From contig CAYZTZ010000006.1 in assembly GCA_964481255.1 (NCBI GenBank), positions 1-57,652 of the forward strand: 57,652 nt of DNA, read 5' to 3'. Under the pieces are notes generated by a model. The model was not told the origin of the DNA and searched no databases. It worked only from the letters and a program-made list of their open reading frames with translations. This document shows positions 19,278 through 31,107 of this stretch, piece by piece (position 1 is the stretch's first letter; every line of letters begins with the position of its first letter). The translations under genes were made by a program, and so were the position numbers. The stretch comes from an uncultured Acidobacteriota bacterium. Its GTDB lineage: Bacteria; Acidobacteriota; UBA6911.

Positions 19278-19845
19278 AGGCCAACTACACGCTGTCGCGA
19301 GCCCGGCCGATCCGCCGGCTGCAGGTAACCCTTCCATCGCACGGCTGTCCAAAGGACAGGGACCCAAAGCGAAGATTGGACAATTTTCTCCCCTTGACTC
19401 TCGATTCGTCCATGTGGAGTCTCCGGAGGAATTTCGAGTCCCGATTCCCCCGGCGGCAGCCTCTTATGTACTATAATTTTAGTAAATATCAACAGAAATA
19501 TTTCCCGCGACGGCCTGAGAGCATAAAGGACAGGACGGACATGGACGAAAAGAGGCGCAGTGTCGGTTGTCAACCGCCGAGAAACGACTCCTTTTTCCCG
19601 ATGATCGCCCGGACGCCTTCTATGACCGTCTTGCGTGAGAAAAGAAACCGGAGGCTGTTTCGCAGATGTTCCGGTGCGGGAAGCCTCGACCGGGGCTGCT
19701 CGCGGACCGCCGTTCGATGCCTCGGTGCAGGCGTTGATCGTAAGCCTTGAGACCTGTGTCATAATGGATCCCGCGGTTTGCACGGAAAGCACATATAGTT
19801 CATAAGTCGCCTCTCCCATGTTGCATGCTTGCGGAGGATATGAAT

Positions 19846-20241
19846 ATGCAGACTTTCTCGATTCACACAAAAGCCCGAACCCAATTTCTGGACATCACGC
19901 GCGAGGTTCAAAGGCTGGTTGACGATTTCGGGTTAAAAAGCGGCATCGCATCGGTCTTTGTCCCTCACACCACGGCGGGGATCACCATCAATGAGAACGC
20001 CGACCCCGATGTCACGGCGGATATCGGGGAAGCCCTGGAGAGGGCCGTGCCATGGAAGGCGAACTACAGGCACTCGGAAGGAAACGCGGCGGCCCATGTC
20101 AAAGCCAGCATGGTGGGATCGTGCGTCCAGGTCCCGGTGGACGGAGGCCGCCTGCGGCTCGGAACCTGGCAGGCTGTTTATTTCTGCGAATTCGATGGTC
20201 CCCGGACGCGCCATGTGTGGGTGCAGTGCCTTGGGCTGTAA
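19846..20241 (+). CDS. yjbQ: YjbQ / UPF0047 secondary thiamine-phosphate synthase family
   Basis: HTTAGITINENADPDV, HSEGNAAAHVK, LGTWQ..YFCEFDGPR. Confidence 0.93.
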   Translation: MQTFSIHTKARTQFLDITREVQRLVDDFGLKSGIASVFVPHTTAGITINENADPDVTADIGEALERAVPWKANYRHSEGNAAAHVKASMVGSCVQVPVDGGRLRLGTWQAVYFCEFDGPRTRHVWVQCLGL

Positions 20242-20302
20242 CCGACCACGAGATCTCATAACATTGCGATGGCCCGGGATCAAGAGCGCCGGAGTTTCAA
20301 AA

Positions 20303-20333
20303 AATCCAACAGGCAAATTCAAATTGTTGGATT
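20303..20333. promoter_or_regulatory. 9-bp inverted repeat; possible activator site or terminator
   Basis: AATCCAACA-N13-TGTTGGATT in an AT-rich intergenic region. Confidence 0.4.
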
Positions 20334-20418
20334 CTGAGCTGGAGTCCTTTTCGCCCCAGTGCCGAACAATGAGATAAATCCTTTAAATCAAACACATTGT
20401 TTTGGCGTCCGGCGCGCG

Positions 20419-20600
20419 CGTCTTTTGGCATATAACATGCTTGCTTATTTTTGGAATTTCCCGTTGTCCAAGCTCTGGCCCTGGGAACAGAGCTATGGTG
20501 TTTAGGAGTAATTCGCGGACCCTTCCCGCGATGCCAGGGACCTTCTAGGCATTGAGCAGATGTTCAGGGCCAGACTTGGCTATTTTCCTGCTGGAAGACG
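20419..20600 (+). ncRNA. Candidate structured RNA (rod-like; 6S-like or sigma54-dependent sRNA)
   Basis: Nested pairings 20419-30/20589-600, 20467-88/20560-79 and TGTTTAGGA/TTCTAGGCA, with apical hairpin TCGCGG/CCGCGA; G-U pairs favour the plus strand. Confidence 0.55.
20426..20440 (+). promoter_or_regulatory. Sigma54 -24/-12 promoter candidate
   Basis: TGGCATATAACATGC has the exact GG-N10-GC spacing. Confidence 0.45.
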
Positions 20601-20659
20601 ACAGGTCTTGTTGACAGCCCCCGGAAATCGAAGCTATCCAGATGGCAGGACGTCGTGGC

Positions 20660-20690
20660 GCATCCTGAAGGGATGGATGCTATTTGATTT
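20660..20690 (+). terminator. Plus-strand intrinsic terminator candidate
   Basis: GCATCC/GGATGC stem followed by TATTTGATTT on the plus strand only. Confidence 0.4.
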
Positions 20691-21627
20691 CGGTAAAGTA
20701 CTGGATGTAGGCGTCTTCCTTTAGCTGCGCGATGTATCGCTCGAGCTCGGGAGTGAACCTTCTCTGATACAGCCGGTCCTGGATTTCCTCCCGGACTTCC
20801 TCCAGCAGGCGGACATGTGCAGGCTTGCGCGAATCGACGCGATAGACCACCCAGCCTTCCTTTATTTTCTGCGGCCTGGATACTTCGCCTTCCTTGAGGC
20901 CTTTAATGGCGGCGACGATTTCGGGGTTCAGCTTTTCGAGGACATAGGTGCCGATGCCGCCGCCTTTGTTTGCGGTAGGTCCCTTGGAGTATTGGCTCGC
21001 GAGTGCGGCAAAAGACTCTCCCTCCCGCAGCCGGCGCAGGATTTCCTCGGCCCGGCTTCCCGCATCCGGATCCGTAAGGATGATTTCGCTGAGGGTCACC
21101 TCTTCGGGCACGGTGAACTCCGCGGCGTTGTCCTTGTAAAACTTCTCGATTTCCGGCGTAAGCAGGGTAATGCGCGATCCGACGAATTCCTGGACCAGAT
21201 CCCGGGCGATGATCTGCCGCCGCAGCTGTTCGCGGTAATCCGCCAAAGACTCTCCCTGCTGCTCGAAGGCGGCGGCCAGCTCCTCGGTATCCTTGATGTT
21301 GTTTTCCTTCATGAGCTGCTGAATGTAGGCGGAGACCCTGGCTTCCACATTGGCGTTGAATCCCAGCTCCACCGCCTTCTGGTACAGCAGCTTTTCGCGG
21401 ATCAGGCCTTCGAGCGTCTGTTTCTCCGCGTTTTTGATCATTTCCTCCAGCTTGTCTCCGGAATACTTGGCCGCCAGCTCGCGCCGGGCCGCGGCCATAT
21501 GGCGGTTGAGTTCGGACAGGGTGATAATCTCATCGTTGACCTGGACGACGATTCGATCCACCGTCCCGGCCCGGGCGCCGCAGAGGCCGAACAGGATGGC
21601 CGTGATAATCCACCCCGCTTTTCTCAT
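20680..21627 (-). CDS. SurA/PrsA-type peptidyl-prolyl isomerase
   Basis: Signal peptide, VDRIVVQVNDEIIT, parvulin motifs FAALASQYS, GGGIG; follows mfd. Confidence 0.88.
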   Translation of the reverse strand: MRKAGWIITAILFGLCGARAGTVDRIVVQVNDEIITLSELNRHMAAARRELAAKYSGDKLEEMIKNAEKQTLEGLIREKLLYQKAVELGFNANVEARVSAYIQQLMKENNIKDTEELAAAFEQQGESLADYREQLRRQIIARDLVQEFVGSRITLLTPEIEKFYKDNAAEFTVPEEVTLSEIILTDPDAGSRAEEILRRLREGESFAALASQYSKGPTANKGGGIGTYVLEKLNPEIVAAIKGLKEGEVSRPQKIKEGWVVYRVDSRKPAHVRLLEEVREEIQDRLYQRRFTPELERYIAQLKEDAYIQYFTEIK

Positions 21628-21802
21628 GGAATATCTCCCTTTCTCATGGCAATCGGAAATCCGCCGCCCGTTAACGACTGATATTGTATCATGGCTCCCC
21701 AATCAAGCGTGCGCGCGGGAGACCCGCAGCCAAAAGATACCAGAAGGAGCGACGAAACACGAAGGACAAAGGCAAGCCCTCCAATGTGTTCTTCGCAGTC
21801 TG

Positions 21803-24800
21803 TCACATGCGGATTTCGTTCAGAATCCCGTCGATGAGGTCAAACAGGCGCGGGGCGGGAAGTTCCGGGACCGCGAGCGTCAGCAGGCCCTGCGGCGAGA
21901 AGGAAGCCCCTTTGCCGTGCATGACGATCTCCAGCAGTTTCTCCGCGTTGACGTTCGAATGATCGGCGAAACGGAGGAAGATCTGGTCCCTGTTTTTTTC
22001 GATGGATTGGATCTGAAGCGCGAGAGCCGATTGTCTCAGGCGGGCGTAACGGAAAAGGTTTTCCACGGGGTCCGGGTATTGCCCGTACCGATCCACCATC
22101 TCCATCCGGAGGGCCTCCAGTTCCTCCTCGTCCGCTGCGGATGAAATCCGCTTGTACATTCGCAGGCGCTGGCCGGGATCGGCTATATAGGTTTCCGGGA
22201 TGCGGATGTCGAGATTGAGATGGATGCTGGTGGATATCTCTTCTTCGGGCTTTTCCCCGCGCAGCTCCTCCACCGTGCGTTCCAGCAGCCGGCAATAAAG
22301 ATCGAATCCGACGGCTTCGATGTGTCCGTGCTGCTCGCCTCCGAGGAGATTGCCGGCTCCGCGTATTTCCAGATCCAGGGCGGCGACCCTGAAACCGGTG
22401 CCCAGATCGCTGAACTCCCGGATCGCCGCCAGGCGTTTGCGGGCGACTTCCGAAAGCGTCTCATCCGATGGGACGAGGAGGTAGGCGTAGGCCCGGCGGT
22501 CGCTGCGTCCCACTCGCCCCCGGAGTTGGTAGAGCTGGGACAGACCGTAGAATTGCGCCTGGTCGACGATCAGGGTATTTACCCTGGGGATATCCAGCCC
22601 GTTCTCGATGATTGTGGTCGCCACGAGGACATCCAGCTCATTCTGAACGAACCGGAGCATGACCCCCTCCAGCTCCCGCTCCTTCATCTGGCCGTGGGCC
22701 ACGCCGATTCTGGCTTGCGGGACGAGCTGTTGAATCCCGGCCGCGGCCGTATAGATGGTTTCTACGCGGTTATGCACGTAGTAGACCTGGCCGTTGCGCG
22801 CGAGCTCCATCTCAATCGCCGAGCGGATGACGTCGGGGCTGTACTTCAGGACCGAGGTTTGTATGGCGAGACGGTTTTTTGGGGGAGTTTCGATCGTCGA
22901 CATATCCCTCAAACCGAGCAGGGCCATGTTCAGCGTTCGCGGTATGGGCGTGGCGCTGAGGGTCAGCACATCGACTCGCGTCCGCATGGCCTTCAGGCGC
23001 TCCTTGTGGGATACTCCGAACCTCTGCTCCTCGTCCACCACCACGAGCCCCAGATCTCTGAAGGCGATGTCCTTGGAGAGCAGACGGTGCGTTCCCACGA
23101 TCACGTCGATGCGTCCCGTTTCCAGGTCTTCCACAATCCTTTTCTGCTCTTTGGGGCTGCGGAAGCGGGACAGGAGCTCGATGCGCACGGGGAAGGCCGT
23201 GAAGCGCTGCCGGAAAGTGTTGTAGTGCTGAAACGCGAGGACGGTGGTCGGGGCAAGCACGGCGACCTGTTTGCCGTCCATCACCGCCTTGAAGGCGGCG
23301 CGCATGGCGACCTCGGTCTTGCCGTAGCCGACGTCTCCGCAAAGCAGCCGGTCCATCGGACGAGGCGCCTCCATGTCGTTCTTGACCGCGGCGAGGGCGT
23401 CCACCTGGTCGCGCGTCAGCTCGAACTCGAACGCGTCCTCGAACTCCTGTTGCCAGGGAGTATCGGGGGAGAACGCGAATCCCGGGACCGTCCGGCGCTG
23501 GGCGTACAGTTTCAGCAGTTCCTCGGCCATATCCCGCATGGATTTCCGGATGCGCGATTTGGTCCGGGCCCAGCTCGTGCCGCCCAGACGGTCCAGGGAC
23601 GGGCGTGTGCCGCCCATGCTGCTGTATTTTTGGATGAGGTCGAGGCGTTCGACCGGGACGTAGAGCCGGGCGTCGTCCTGATAGGTCAGAAGGACGAACT
23701 CCTTGGGGCCCTCCGGCAATTCAATGGTTTTCAACCCGTGGAACAGGCCGATCCCGTGATCGACGTGAACCACATAGTCGCCGGGCTTCAGGTCCCGGAA
23801 GTCCGACAGGAAGAGGTGGCGCTGCGCCGCCCTGATTTTTCTGGGACCGGGCCCTACTTCCGCCTCGTCGAAAAGGTCCTGACCCGTCAGCACGCGCAGT
23901 CCGGCCGCCGCGAGGAAATAGCCGGCGTGCAGGCCGCCGACTCCCACGAGAATCATCCCCGCCTCGCTGGGTCCGGCGGGCGGCGCCTCTTCGCCGCCGC
24001 GGCAGAGATGCGCCGCTATTTCGTATTCCTTCAGGATGTCGTTCATCCTCTCCGCCCGCCCCGGGTTCGAGAAGACGAGGGCGACGCGTTCGCCTTCATC
24101 GCGGAACTTCCCGAGGTCTCCGATGAGCTCCCGGATGTTGCCGTGGTACCGGCGCGCGGGCTGCGAGGCGAGATGGATCGGCGAGTTGTCGGCGCCGGCG
24201 ACGCCCAGTTCCTCAATCTCGAGACGGGGGAAACGCTCGATCGAGGACCGGAACTCGTCGGCGGCCACGTAGATCTGCTCGGGCGCGAGGACAGGCTTAT
24301 GCGCCTCGATTCTGTCCATGAAACGTTCGTAAAGCTCCGCGTGATGCTTCCGCAGGGTGTCTTCCAGGACCTCACGTTCCAGGACGATCAGACGGTAGCC
24401 CTGGATATAGTCGAAGAGAGTCCTATCCAGTGAATCGACCGCGGGCAGCATAAACTCAAAGGCTGGGAAAAACTCGTTTTGGCGGGCCTGAGCGATCTCT
24501 TCGCGCAGATGGGGCCTGAAGGGTTCGCTCCAGAGCGACGGCGCTTTTTCCGCCCATAGCCTCAGGGCATCGCGCCGGAAGCAGAATTCCCGCATGGGAA
24601 TGATTTCGACGCTGCGCACTGCGCCCACCGATCTCTGGCTGTCGGCGTCGAACACCCGGATGGATTCGATGCGGTCCCCGAAGAATTCCAGGCGGACGGG
24701 TTTATCCAAGTGCGGCGGAAAGACGTCGAGTATCCCGCCCCGGATGGAAAACTCGCCCGGGTCCGTCACGGGATCGTCCTCCACATATCCGGAATCGAAA

Positions 24801-25294
24801 AGGTAGTCGCGCATCATGTCCGGAGAGAGTTCCTCGTCCTGCTTCAGCATCAGGCAATTATTGAGAAAACGCTCCGGGCCGTGCAGACGCACGGAGGCGG
24901 CTTTCGCCGACGCGACCAGAACCCTTCGTCCGTCCTGGAGCAGGCGCCAGATGGCCCTGGCGCGGGCGGCGGCGATTTCCTGGTGCGGCGACAGGCCGCG
25001 GTAAGGGTCCGTCTCCAGGTCCGGAAGGTGGACAACCTCGACCGGTTGTGGGGATAGAAGATCGAGATGGAACCGGATCTCCTCGGCGAGATGCTGGGCT
25101 TCCCGATTGGAGTGCGCGAGTACCGCGAAGGACCGGTTTTCGCTGAGAACCGCCTTGGCCACTGCCAGGGCCCTGGCTCCGCCGGCGGCGCCGGACAGAG
25201 TGAGGACGCGACGGCCCTCGCGAAGCAGAGCCTCCAATTGCCGGAGGGCGCCGCTTTCCGCTGCGGCCTCGAACAGCTTCCTCAGATGAACCAA
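21803..25294 (-). CDS. mfd: Transcription-repair coupling factor
   Basis: UvrB-homology N-terminus, YVVHVDHGIG RID, GDVGYGKTEVA, DEEQRFG, SATPIPRTL, TRG and C-terminal domains. Confidence 0.98.
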   Translation of the reverse strand: MVHLRKLFEAAAESGALRQLEALLREGRRVLTLSGAAGGARALAVAKAVLSENRSFAVLAHSNREAQHLAEEIRFHLDLLSPQPVEVVHLPDLETDPYRGLSPHQEIAAARARAIWRLLQDGRRVLVASAKAASVRLHGPERFLNNCLMLKQDEELSPDMMRDYLFDSGYVEDDPVTDPGEFSIRGGILDVFPPHLDKPVRLEFFGDRIESIRVFDADSQRSVGAVRSVEIIPMREFCFRRDALRLWAEKAPSLWSEPFRPHLREEIAQARQNEFFPAFEFMLPAVDSLDRTLFDYIQGYRLIVLEREVLEDTLRKHHAELYERFMDRIEAHKPVLAPEQIYVAADEFRSSIERFPRLEIEELGVAGADNSPIHLASQPARRYHGNIRELIGDLGKFRDEGERVALVFSNPGRAERMNDILKEYEIAAHLCRGGEEAPPAGPSEAGMILVGVGGLHAGYFLAAAGLRVLTGQDLFDEAEVGPGPRKIRAAQRHLFLSDFRDLKPGDYVVHVDHGIGLFHGLKTIELPEGPKEFVLLTYQDDARLYVPVERLDLIQKYSSMGGTRPSLDRLGGTSWARTKSRIRKSMRDMAEELLKLYAQRRTVPGFAFSPDTPWQQEFEDAFEFELTRDQVDALAAVKNDMEAPRPMDRLLCGDVGYGKTEVAMRAAFKAVMDGKQVAVLAPTTVLAFQHYNTFRQRFTAFPVRIELLSRFRSPKEQKRIVEDLETGRIDVIVGTHRLLSKDIAFRDLGLVVVDEEQRFGVSHKERLKAMRTRVDVLTLSATPIPRTLNMALLGLRDMSTIETPPKNRLAIQTSVLKYSPDVIRSAIEMELARNGQVYYVHNRVETIYTAAAGIQQLVPQARIGVAHGQMKERELEGVMLRFVQNELDVLVATTIIENGLDIPRVNTLIVDQAQFYGLSQLYQLRGRVGRSDRRAYAYLLVPSDETLSEVARKRLAAIREFSDLGTGFRVAALDLEIRGAGNLLGGEQHGHIEAVGFDLYCRLLERTVEELRGEKPEEEISTSIHLNLDIRIPETYIADPGQRLRMYKRISSAADEEELEALRMEMVDRYGQYPDPVENLFRYARLRQSALALQIQSIEKNRDQIFLRFADHSNVNAEKLLEIVMHGKGASFSPQGLLTLAVPELPAPRLFDLIDGILNEIRM

Positions 25295-25433
25295 ATCAGA
25301 ACCACTCCCGGCTCCGGAATCGCCTCAGCATACGTTGGAGCCATTCGTACTGCAGAAAATCGGATCCTTCGCGGCACAACGATGCTTTTCGCAATAACCA
25401 CGAAGGGAACGAATTCCAGGAAGGGCGTTTCAT

Positions 25434-25470
25434 CGTCTCATTCGTGAGATTCGTTCGATTCGTGGCTCGT
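25434..25470. repeat. Short tandem 9-mer repeat (ATTCGTKNN x3) in the 3' end of rfaE2
   Basis: ATTCGTGAG ATTCGTTCG ATTCGTGGC, encoding the SHESNESHE tail. Confidence 0.5.
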
Positions 25471-25977
25471 ATTTGAGGCCTTCGGGGCCTGTGCACTCCC
25501 GAAGTGCCGGAGCACTTTCCGAATGATTTCCGTCGTCGAGCAGCCTTCGACCAGGGCCATGTTCCTCACAACGCCGCCGGAGGCCTCGACCGTATCGCGG
25601 CCGACGATGTCGGAAATATCCCAGTCCGCTCCTTTGGCGAGAACGTCCGGGACGATCGCGTCGATGACGCGCCGCGGAGTTTCGTCCGCGAAGATGAAAA
25701 CGTAGTCGACGCAGGCCAGCGCCGCCAGGATCTCGGCCCTCTCCAATTCCGGTACCACAGGGCGGGAATTCCCCTTGATGGCCCGGACGGAGCTGTCGCT
25801 GTTGAGCCCGACCACGAGCACGTCTCCCATCGAGCGCGCCTGATGAAGACAGCGGACGTGACCGACGTGCAGGATGTCGAAACAGCCGTTGGTGAAGACG
25901 AGCTTTTTCCCTGATTCCCGGAGGCGGGTCCGCAAATCAAGGATTTCTTCCAGAGTCTTTATTTTACCGGCGGACAT
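25438..25977 (-). CDS. rfaE2: D-glycero-beta-D-manno-heptose 1-phosphate adenylyltransferase
   Basis: FTNGCFDILHVGH, GLNSDSSV, PDVLAKGADW, GCSTT. Confidence 0.93.
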   Translation of the reverse strand: MSAGKIKTLEEILDLRTRLRESGKKLVFTNGCFDILHVGHVRCLHQARSMGDVLVVGLNSDSSVRAIKGNSRPVVPELERAEILAALACVDYVFIFADETPRRVIDAIVPDVLAKGADWDISDIVGRDTVEASGGVVRNMALVEGCSTTEIIRKVLRHFGSAQAPKASNTSHESNESHE

Positions 25978-26076
25978 GGCAATCCTTCAGGTTAGCAAAT
26001 ACGCCGCTTCTCCACAATATAGCGAGCACGGCCGCGGAGGAGCCGTGCAAGGGGGTGCTCCCATCCGCTCGGTTTG

Positions 26077-27009
26077 CTATTTCCTGCGGACGGTGACCTC
26101 CGGGGGTTGGGTTCCCTTGATCAGAATCGTGTCGTTGGTTACTCCGAGAAGCCGGACCTCGGGTTTGACCCGGGCGGGAAGCTTCGTCTCATCCAGGCCT
26201 TTGATCGGGATGGTGACCGAAAAATGGGAGGGAGTCAAAATCTGCCTCATCTCAAGAGGCGCCATCACCTGAACGGCAACCTGCCGGGGGACCGTTGTGT
26301 AGGACGCTCCGTCGACGGCCACCTGCACTTTATCGACCGTAAACAGATGACGGCGCGGCCCGATCTGGATATCCACCTGGACCGGATTTATCAGGGAAGT
26401 TCGCACAAAGCGGCTCTTGGGCTGAAGCTGTACAAGAAATCGGGTCGACTGTTTCTGGCCGCTTATGGACACGGCTTCGGTGGACATTTCCTCAAGGGGC
26501 TCGATCCTGGAGCGCGGTCCCGTAACGATTACGGTGTCCGGTTTCACCGACTTTCTGTAGATTTCGAAGTCCCGGGAAGGCTCGCCGATGATCGGCGCCT
26601 GAATGGGGACCTCTTTGGAGATCGTCTGTTCCAGCCTCAGTTCGACGCGGGCGGGATTGATCTGGAGAACTTCGATGCCGGAGCCTCTCGGCGTTTTCAC
26701 GTTGGCCGGGGTCAGGGTCACGACATGGTCCCCTTCCTTCGCGTCCTGCAGGTTGACGACGCATGTCGGGAGAGAGCGGTCGAGCCAGATGTTGGAGAAG
26801 GCCGCTCCCCGGAGCGTCACTTCCACGCTGGTGATGCGATCGTTGGTGATCTCCATGTGGCGGGGGACCTGTACGTCCAGGGGAACCGTGACCACTCTTT
26901 CGATTCCGGGTTCGCCGCGGACGAACAGCCACAGGATCAGGGCCAGGAGGATAGCGGTCGCCTTGAGCGTCCAGTTTTCCGTGAGGCATTCCCTGATAAA
27001 GCGTTTCAT
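26077..27009 (-). CDS. cdaR: CdaR/YbbR diadenylate cyclase regulator
   Basis: N-terminal TM (K...ILLALILWLFV), YbbR beta repeats; overlaps the cdaA stop codon. Confidence 0.88.
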   Translation of the reverse strand: MKRFIRECLTENWTLKATAILLALILWLFVRGEPGIERVVTVPLDVQVPRHMEITNDRITSVEVTLRGAAFSNIWLDRSLPTCVVNLQDAKEGDHVVTLTPANVKTPRGSGIEVLQINPARVELRLEQTISKEVPIQAPIIGEPSRDFEIYRKSVKPDTVIVTGPRSRIEPLEEMSTEAVSISGQKQSTRFLVQLQPKSRFVRTSLINPVQVDIQIGPRRHLFTVDKVQVAVDGASYTTVPRQVAVQVMAPLEMRQILTPSHFSVTIPIKGLDETKLPARVKPEVRLLGVTNDTILIKGTQPPEVTVRRK

Positions 27010-27818
27010 ACGGTTTCCGGATTCCGATCGGCGATGCGCGACAGTCGGCCGATCACGCGCCCTTCTGCGGCGTTCTGCAGGGCGGCCCGCAGGCCTTCCC
27101 CGTCCAGGTTGCGCGTGATTCTGCCTTCAACGGCCAGCGATATGGTCCCTGTTTCTTCGGATACGATGATGGTGACGGCGTCCGTTTCCTCCGTGATCCC
27201 GATGGCGGCCCTGTGCCTGGATCCCAGTTCCTTGCTCAGGTGCGGGTCCAGGGTGAGCGGCAGAAAGCATCCGGCGGCCAGGATGCGGTTCCCCTGCACG
27301 ATGACGGCCCCGTCGTGAAGCGGGGTGTTCGGGCTGAAGATGGTGACCAGGAGGTCGTAGGTGAGCACGGCGTCCAGAGCAATGCCGCTCTCGGCGTAGT
27401 TCTTCAGGCCGATGTCGCGCTCTATGACGATGAGAGCGCCGATCTTCTTGGAGGCCAGAGTGGTGGCGGCCAGGACGATCTCCTCAAATCCGCTCCTGTT
27501 GCGGCGCTGGTACCCCCATATTGAAGTTTTGCCGATATTGGCCAGGCCGCGCCTGATTTCGCTCTGAAATAGGACGATGACGGCGAAGACGATGTAGGTG
27601 AGGGCGTTGGACAGAAGCCACTCGACCGTGGTCAGCCGGTAGTACCGCGTGACCCAGAAAAGCAGCAGGAGCATGACGATGCCGAGCGTCATCTGCACGG
27701 CCCTGGTGCCGCGCAGCAGGAGGAGGAAGCGGTAGAAGATGAAGGCGACCAGCGCGATGTCGATGAGATCGCGGATGGAGAACGATGTCGATTGAATCCA
27801 TCCCAGCATCCAGTCCAT
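27006..27818 (-). CDS. cdaA: Diadenylate cyclase CdaA
   Basis: Three TM helices, FQSEIRRGL, PLHDGAVIV and GSRHRAA catalytic motifs. Confidence 0.95.
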   Translation of the reverse strand: MDWMLGWIQSTSFSIRDLIDIALVAFIFYRFLLLLRGTRAVQMTLGIVMLLLLFWVTRYYRLTTVEWLLSNALTYIVFAVIVLFQSEIRRGLANIGKTSIWGYQRRNRSGFEEIVLAATTLASKKIGALIVIERDIGLKNYAESGIALDAVLTYDLLVTIFSPNTPLHDGAVIVQGNRILAAGCFLPLTLDPHLSKELGSRHRAAIGITEETDAVTIIVSEETGTISLAVEGRITRNLDGEGLRAALQNAAEGRVIGRLSRIADRNPETV

Positions 27819-27853
27819 CGGTTTACCTTCTAACCTGTCGGCGCTTCCCTTCC

Positions 27854-27919
27854 AACCGCGGAAACCCTTAAAACCTTAAAACGCATCTTTTCCCGGAGCT
27901 CTCCGGGGTTTTTGCGGTT
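27854..27919. repeat. REP-like palindrome (AACCGC family)
   Basis: AACCGCGGAAACCC / GGGTTTTTGCGGTT with inner CCCGGAG/CTCCGGG hairpin. Confidence 0.6.
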
Positions 27920-27969
27920 TGCCTTGAGAGGACTGCCGGCTCCCAAACCGCCTCTGTTTCAATTCCTGT

Positions 27970-28851
27970 CTATTCCCTCAGGTTCACAATTGCGTCGGTG
28001 ACGTCGGCGATTTCCCGCATGGCCGCGACGTCGTGCACGCGCACCAGGTGCGCCCCGAATATGATGGACGCGGCGACGGTGGCTCCCGTCCCCAGAACAA
28101 GTTCGCCGGCGGGCTTTTGAACGATCGAGCCGATAAAGGACTTTCGCGACGTCCCCACAAGGACGGGAAACCCCGTCGCGGCCAGCCGGTCCAGGTTCCG
28201 CAAAATCAATATATTCTGATCCGCGGTTTTCCCGAACCCGATGCCCGGATCCAGCACGATCGCGTCGGACGGCACGCCCGAGTTTCGCGCCCGCGCAACC
28301 GCCTCCCTGGCCCAGATGTCGAGATCGCCCAGGATGTCCGCGCTGGGGGCAAGCGTCTGCATGTTTTTCGGTTCTCCCCGCATATGCATCAGGATGAGCC
28401 CCGCGCGATGCCGCGCCGCCTCCGTTCCCACCGCGGGATCCTTCTTGAGGGACGTAACGTCGTTGATGATGGAGGCGCCGCGCTCCAGGGCCGCCCGTGC
28501 GACCTCAGCCTTGGACGTGTCCACGGAGATGGGAATGGGATAATTGCGGCTCCGCGCCAAGGCTTCCAGGACGGGCGTCACGCGTCTCAGCTCCTCCTCC
28601 GCGCTGACCGGATCAGATCCCGGACGTGTGGACTCTCCGCCTATGTCAAGGATGTCCGCGCCCTCTTCGGCGATGCGCCATGCTCGTTCCACGGCTGCTT
28701 CGGGCGAGAAGTAGCGCCCCGCGTCGGAAAACGAATCGGGTGTTACGTTCAGGATCCCCATCACCGCCGTCCGCGCGCCAAGTTCCAGAGACCGCTCTCC
28801 GGCCCGGAAAGTATACGGCTTGCGACGGTGAATCTCGGGCATGGCGGTCAT
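27970..28851 (-). CDS. folP: Dihydropteroate synthase
   Basis: MGILNVTPDSFSD, DIGGESTRPG, SVDTSK, DPGIGFGK, GTSRKSF, RVHDV; start 28842 or 28851. Confidence 0.96.
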   Translation of the reverse strand: MTAMPEIHRRKPYTFRAGERSLELGARTAVMGILNVTPDSFSDAGRYFSPEAAVERAWRIAEEGADILDIGGESTRPGSDPVSAEEELRRVTPVLEALARSRNYPIPISVDTSKAEVARAALERGASIINDVTSLKKDPAVGTEAARHRAGLILMHMRGEPKNMQTLAPSADILGDLDIWAREAVARARNSGVPSDAIVLDPGIGFGKTADQNILILRNLDRLAATGFPVLVGTSRKSFIGSIVQKPAGELVLGTGATVAASIIFGAHLVRVHDVAAMREIADVTDAIVNLRE

Positions 28852-28947
28852 TCCAACGCTAAAAACGCCGGCCGCGTCCTTCGCGAAAGAGGAGGGCGCT
28901 GCCCCGCCCGTGATGCGCAATTCGCGGCCTCTTTGAATGTGATCGGC

Positions 28948-30876
<1,929 letters not shown>

Positions 30877-31036
30877 AAACCAGACCTCCGATCGGGATCC
30901 CGCGGCCGCGCCTTTTCCGTCATGGGGCTGGAAAAGCTCTTCGCGAGAGCCGGATTCTACGGATTAATTATAGCAAAGCCTTGCCGCAAATCCCATCTTC
31001 AGCAGACCATCCGCAAAAAATATGGGACGTGAACAG

Positions 31037-31089
31037 CAAACCGCGAGTCCCGCAAAGAAATTCTCGCAATTCGCGGGATCTGCGGTTTG
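31037..31089. repeat. REP-like palindrome (AACCGC family)
   Basis: CAAACCGCGAGTCCCGC / GCGGGATCTGCGGTTTG. Confidence 0.6.
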
Positions 31090-31107
31090 ACGCCGGATCC
31101 CCGCCGG

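Noticed and set aside
20495-20548. 17-aa ORF (MVFRSNSRTLPAMPGTF) inside the candidate RNA
   Set aside because: It has no convincing RBS and its start is buried in the predicted stem; a non-coding interpretation fits better.
27820-27965. c-di-AMP (ydaO) riboswitch upstream of cdaA
   Set aside because: Hairpins are present, but the ydaO consensus blocks are not; the REP-like palindrome explains the structure better.
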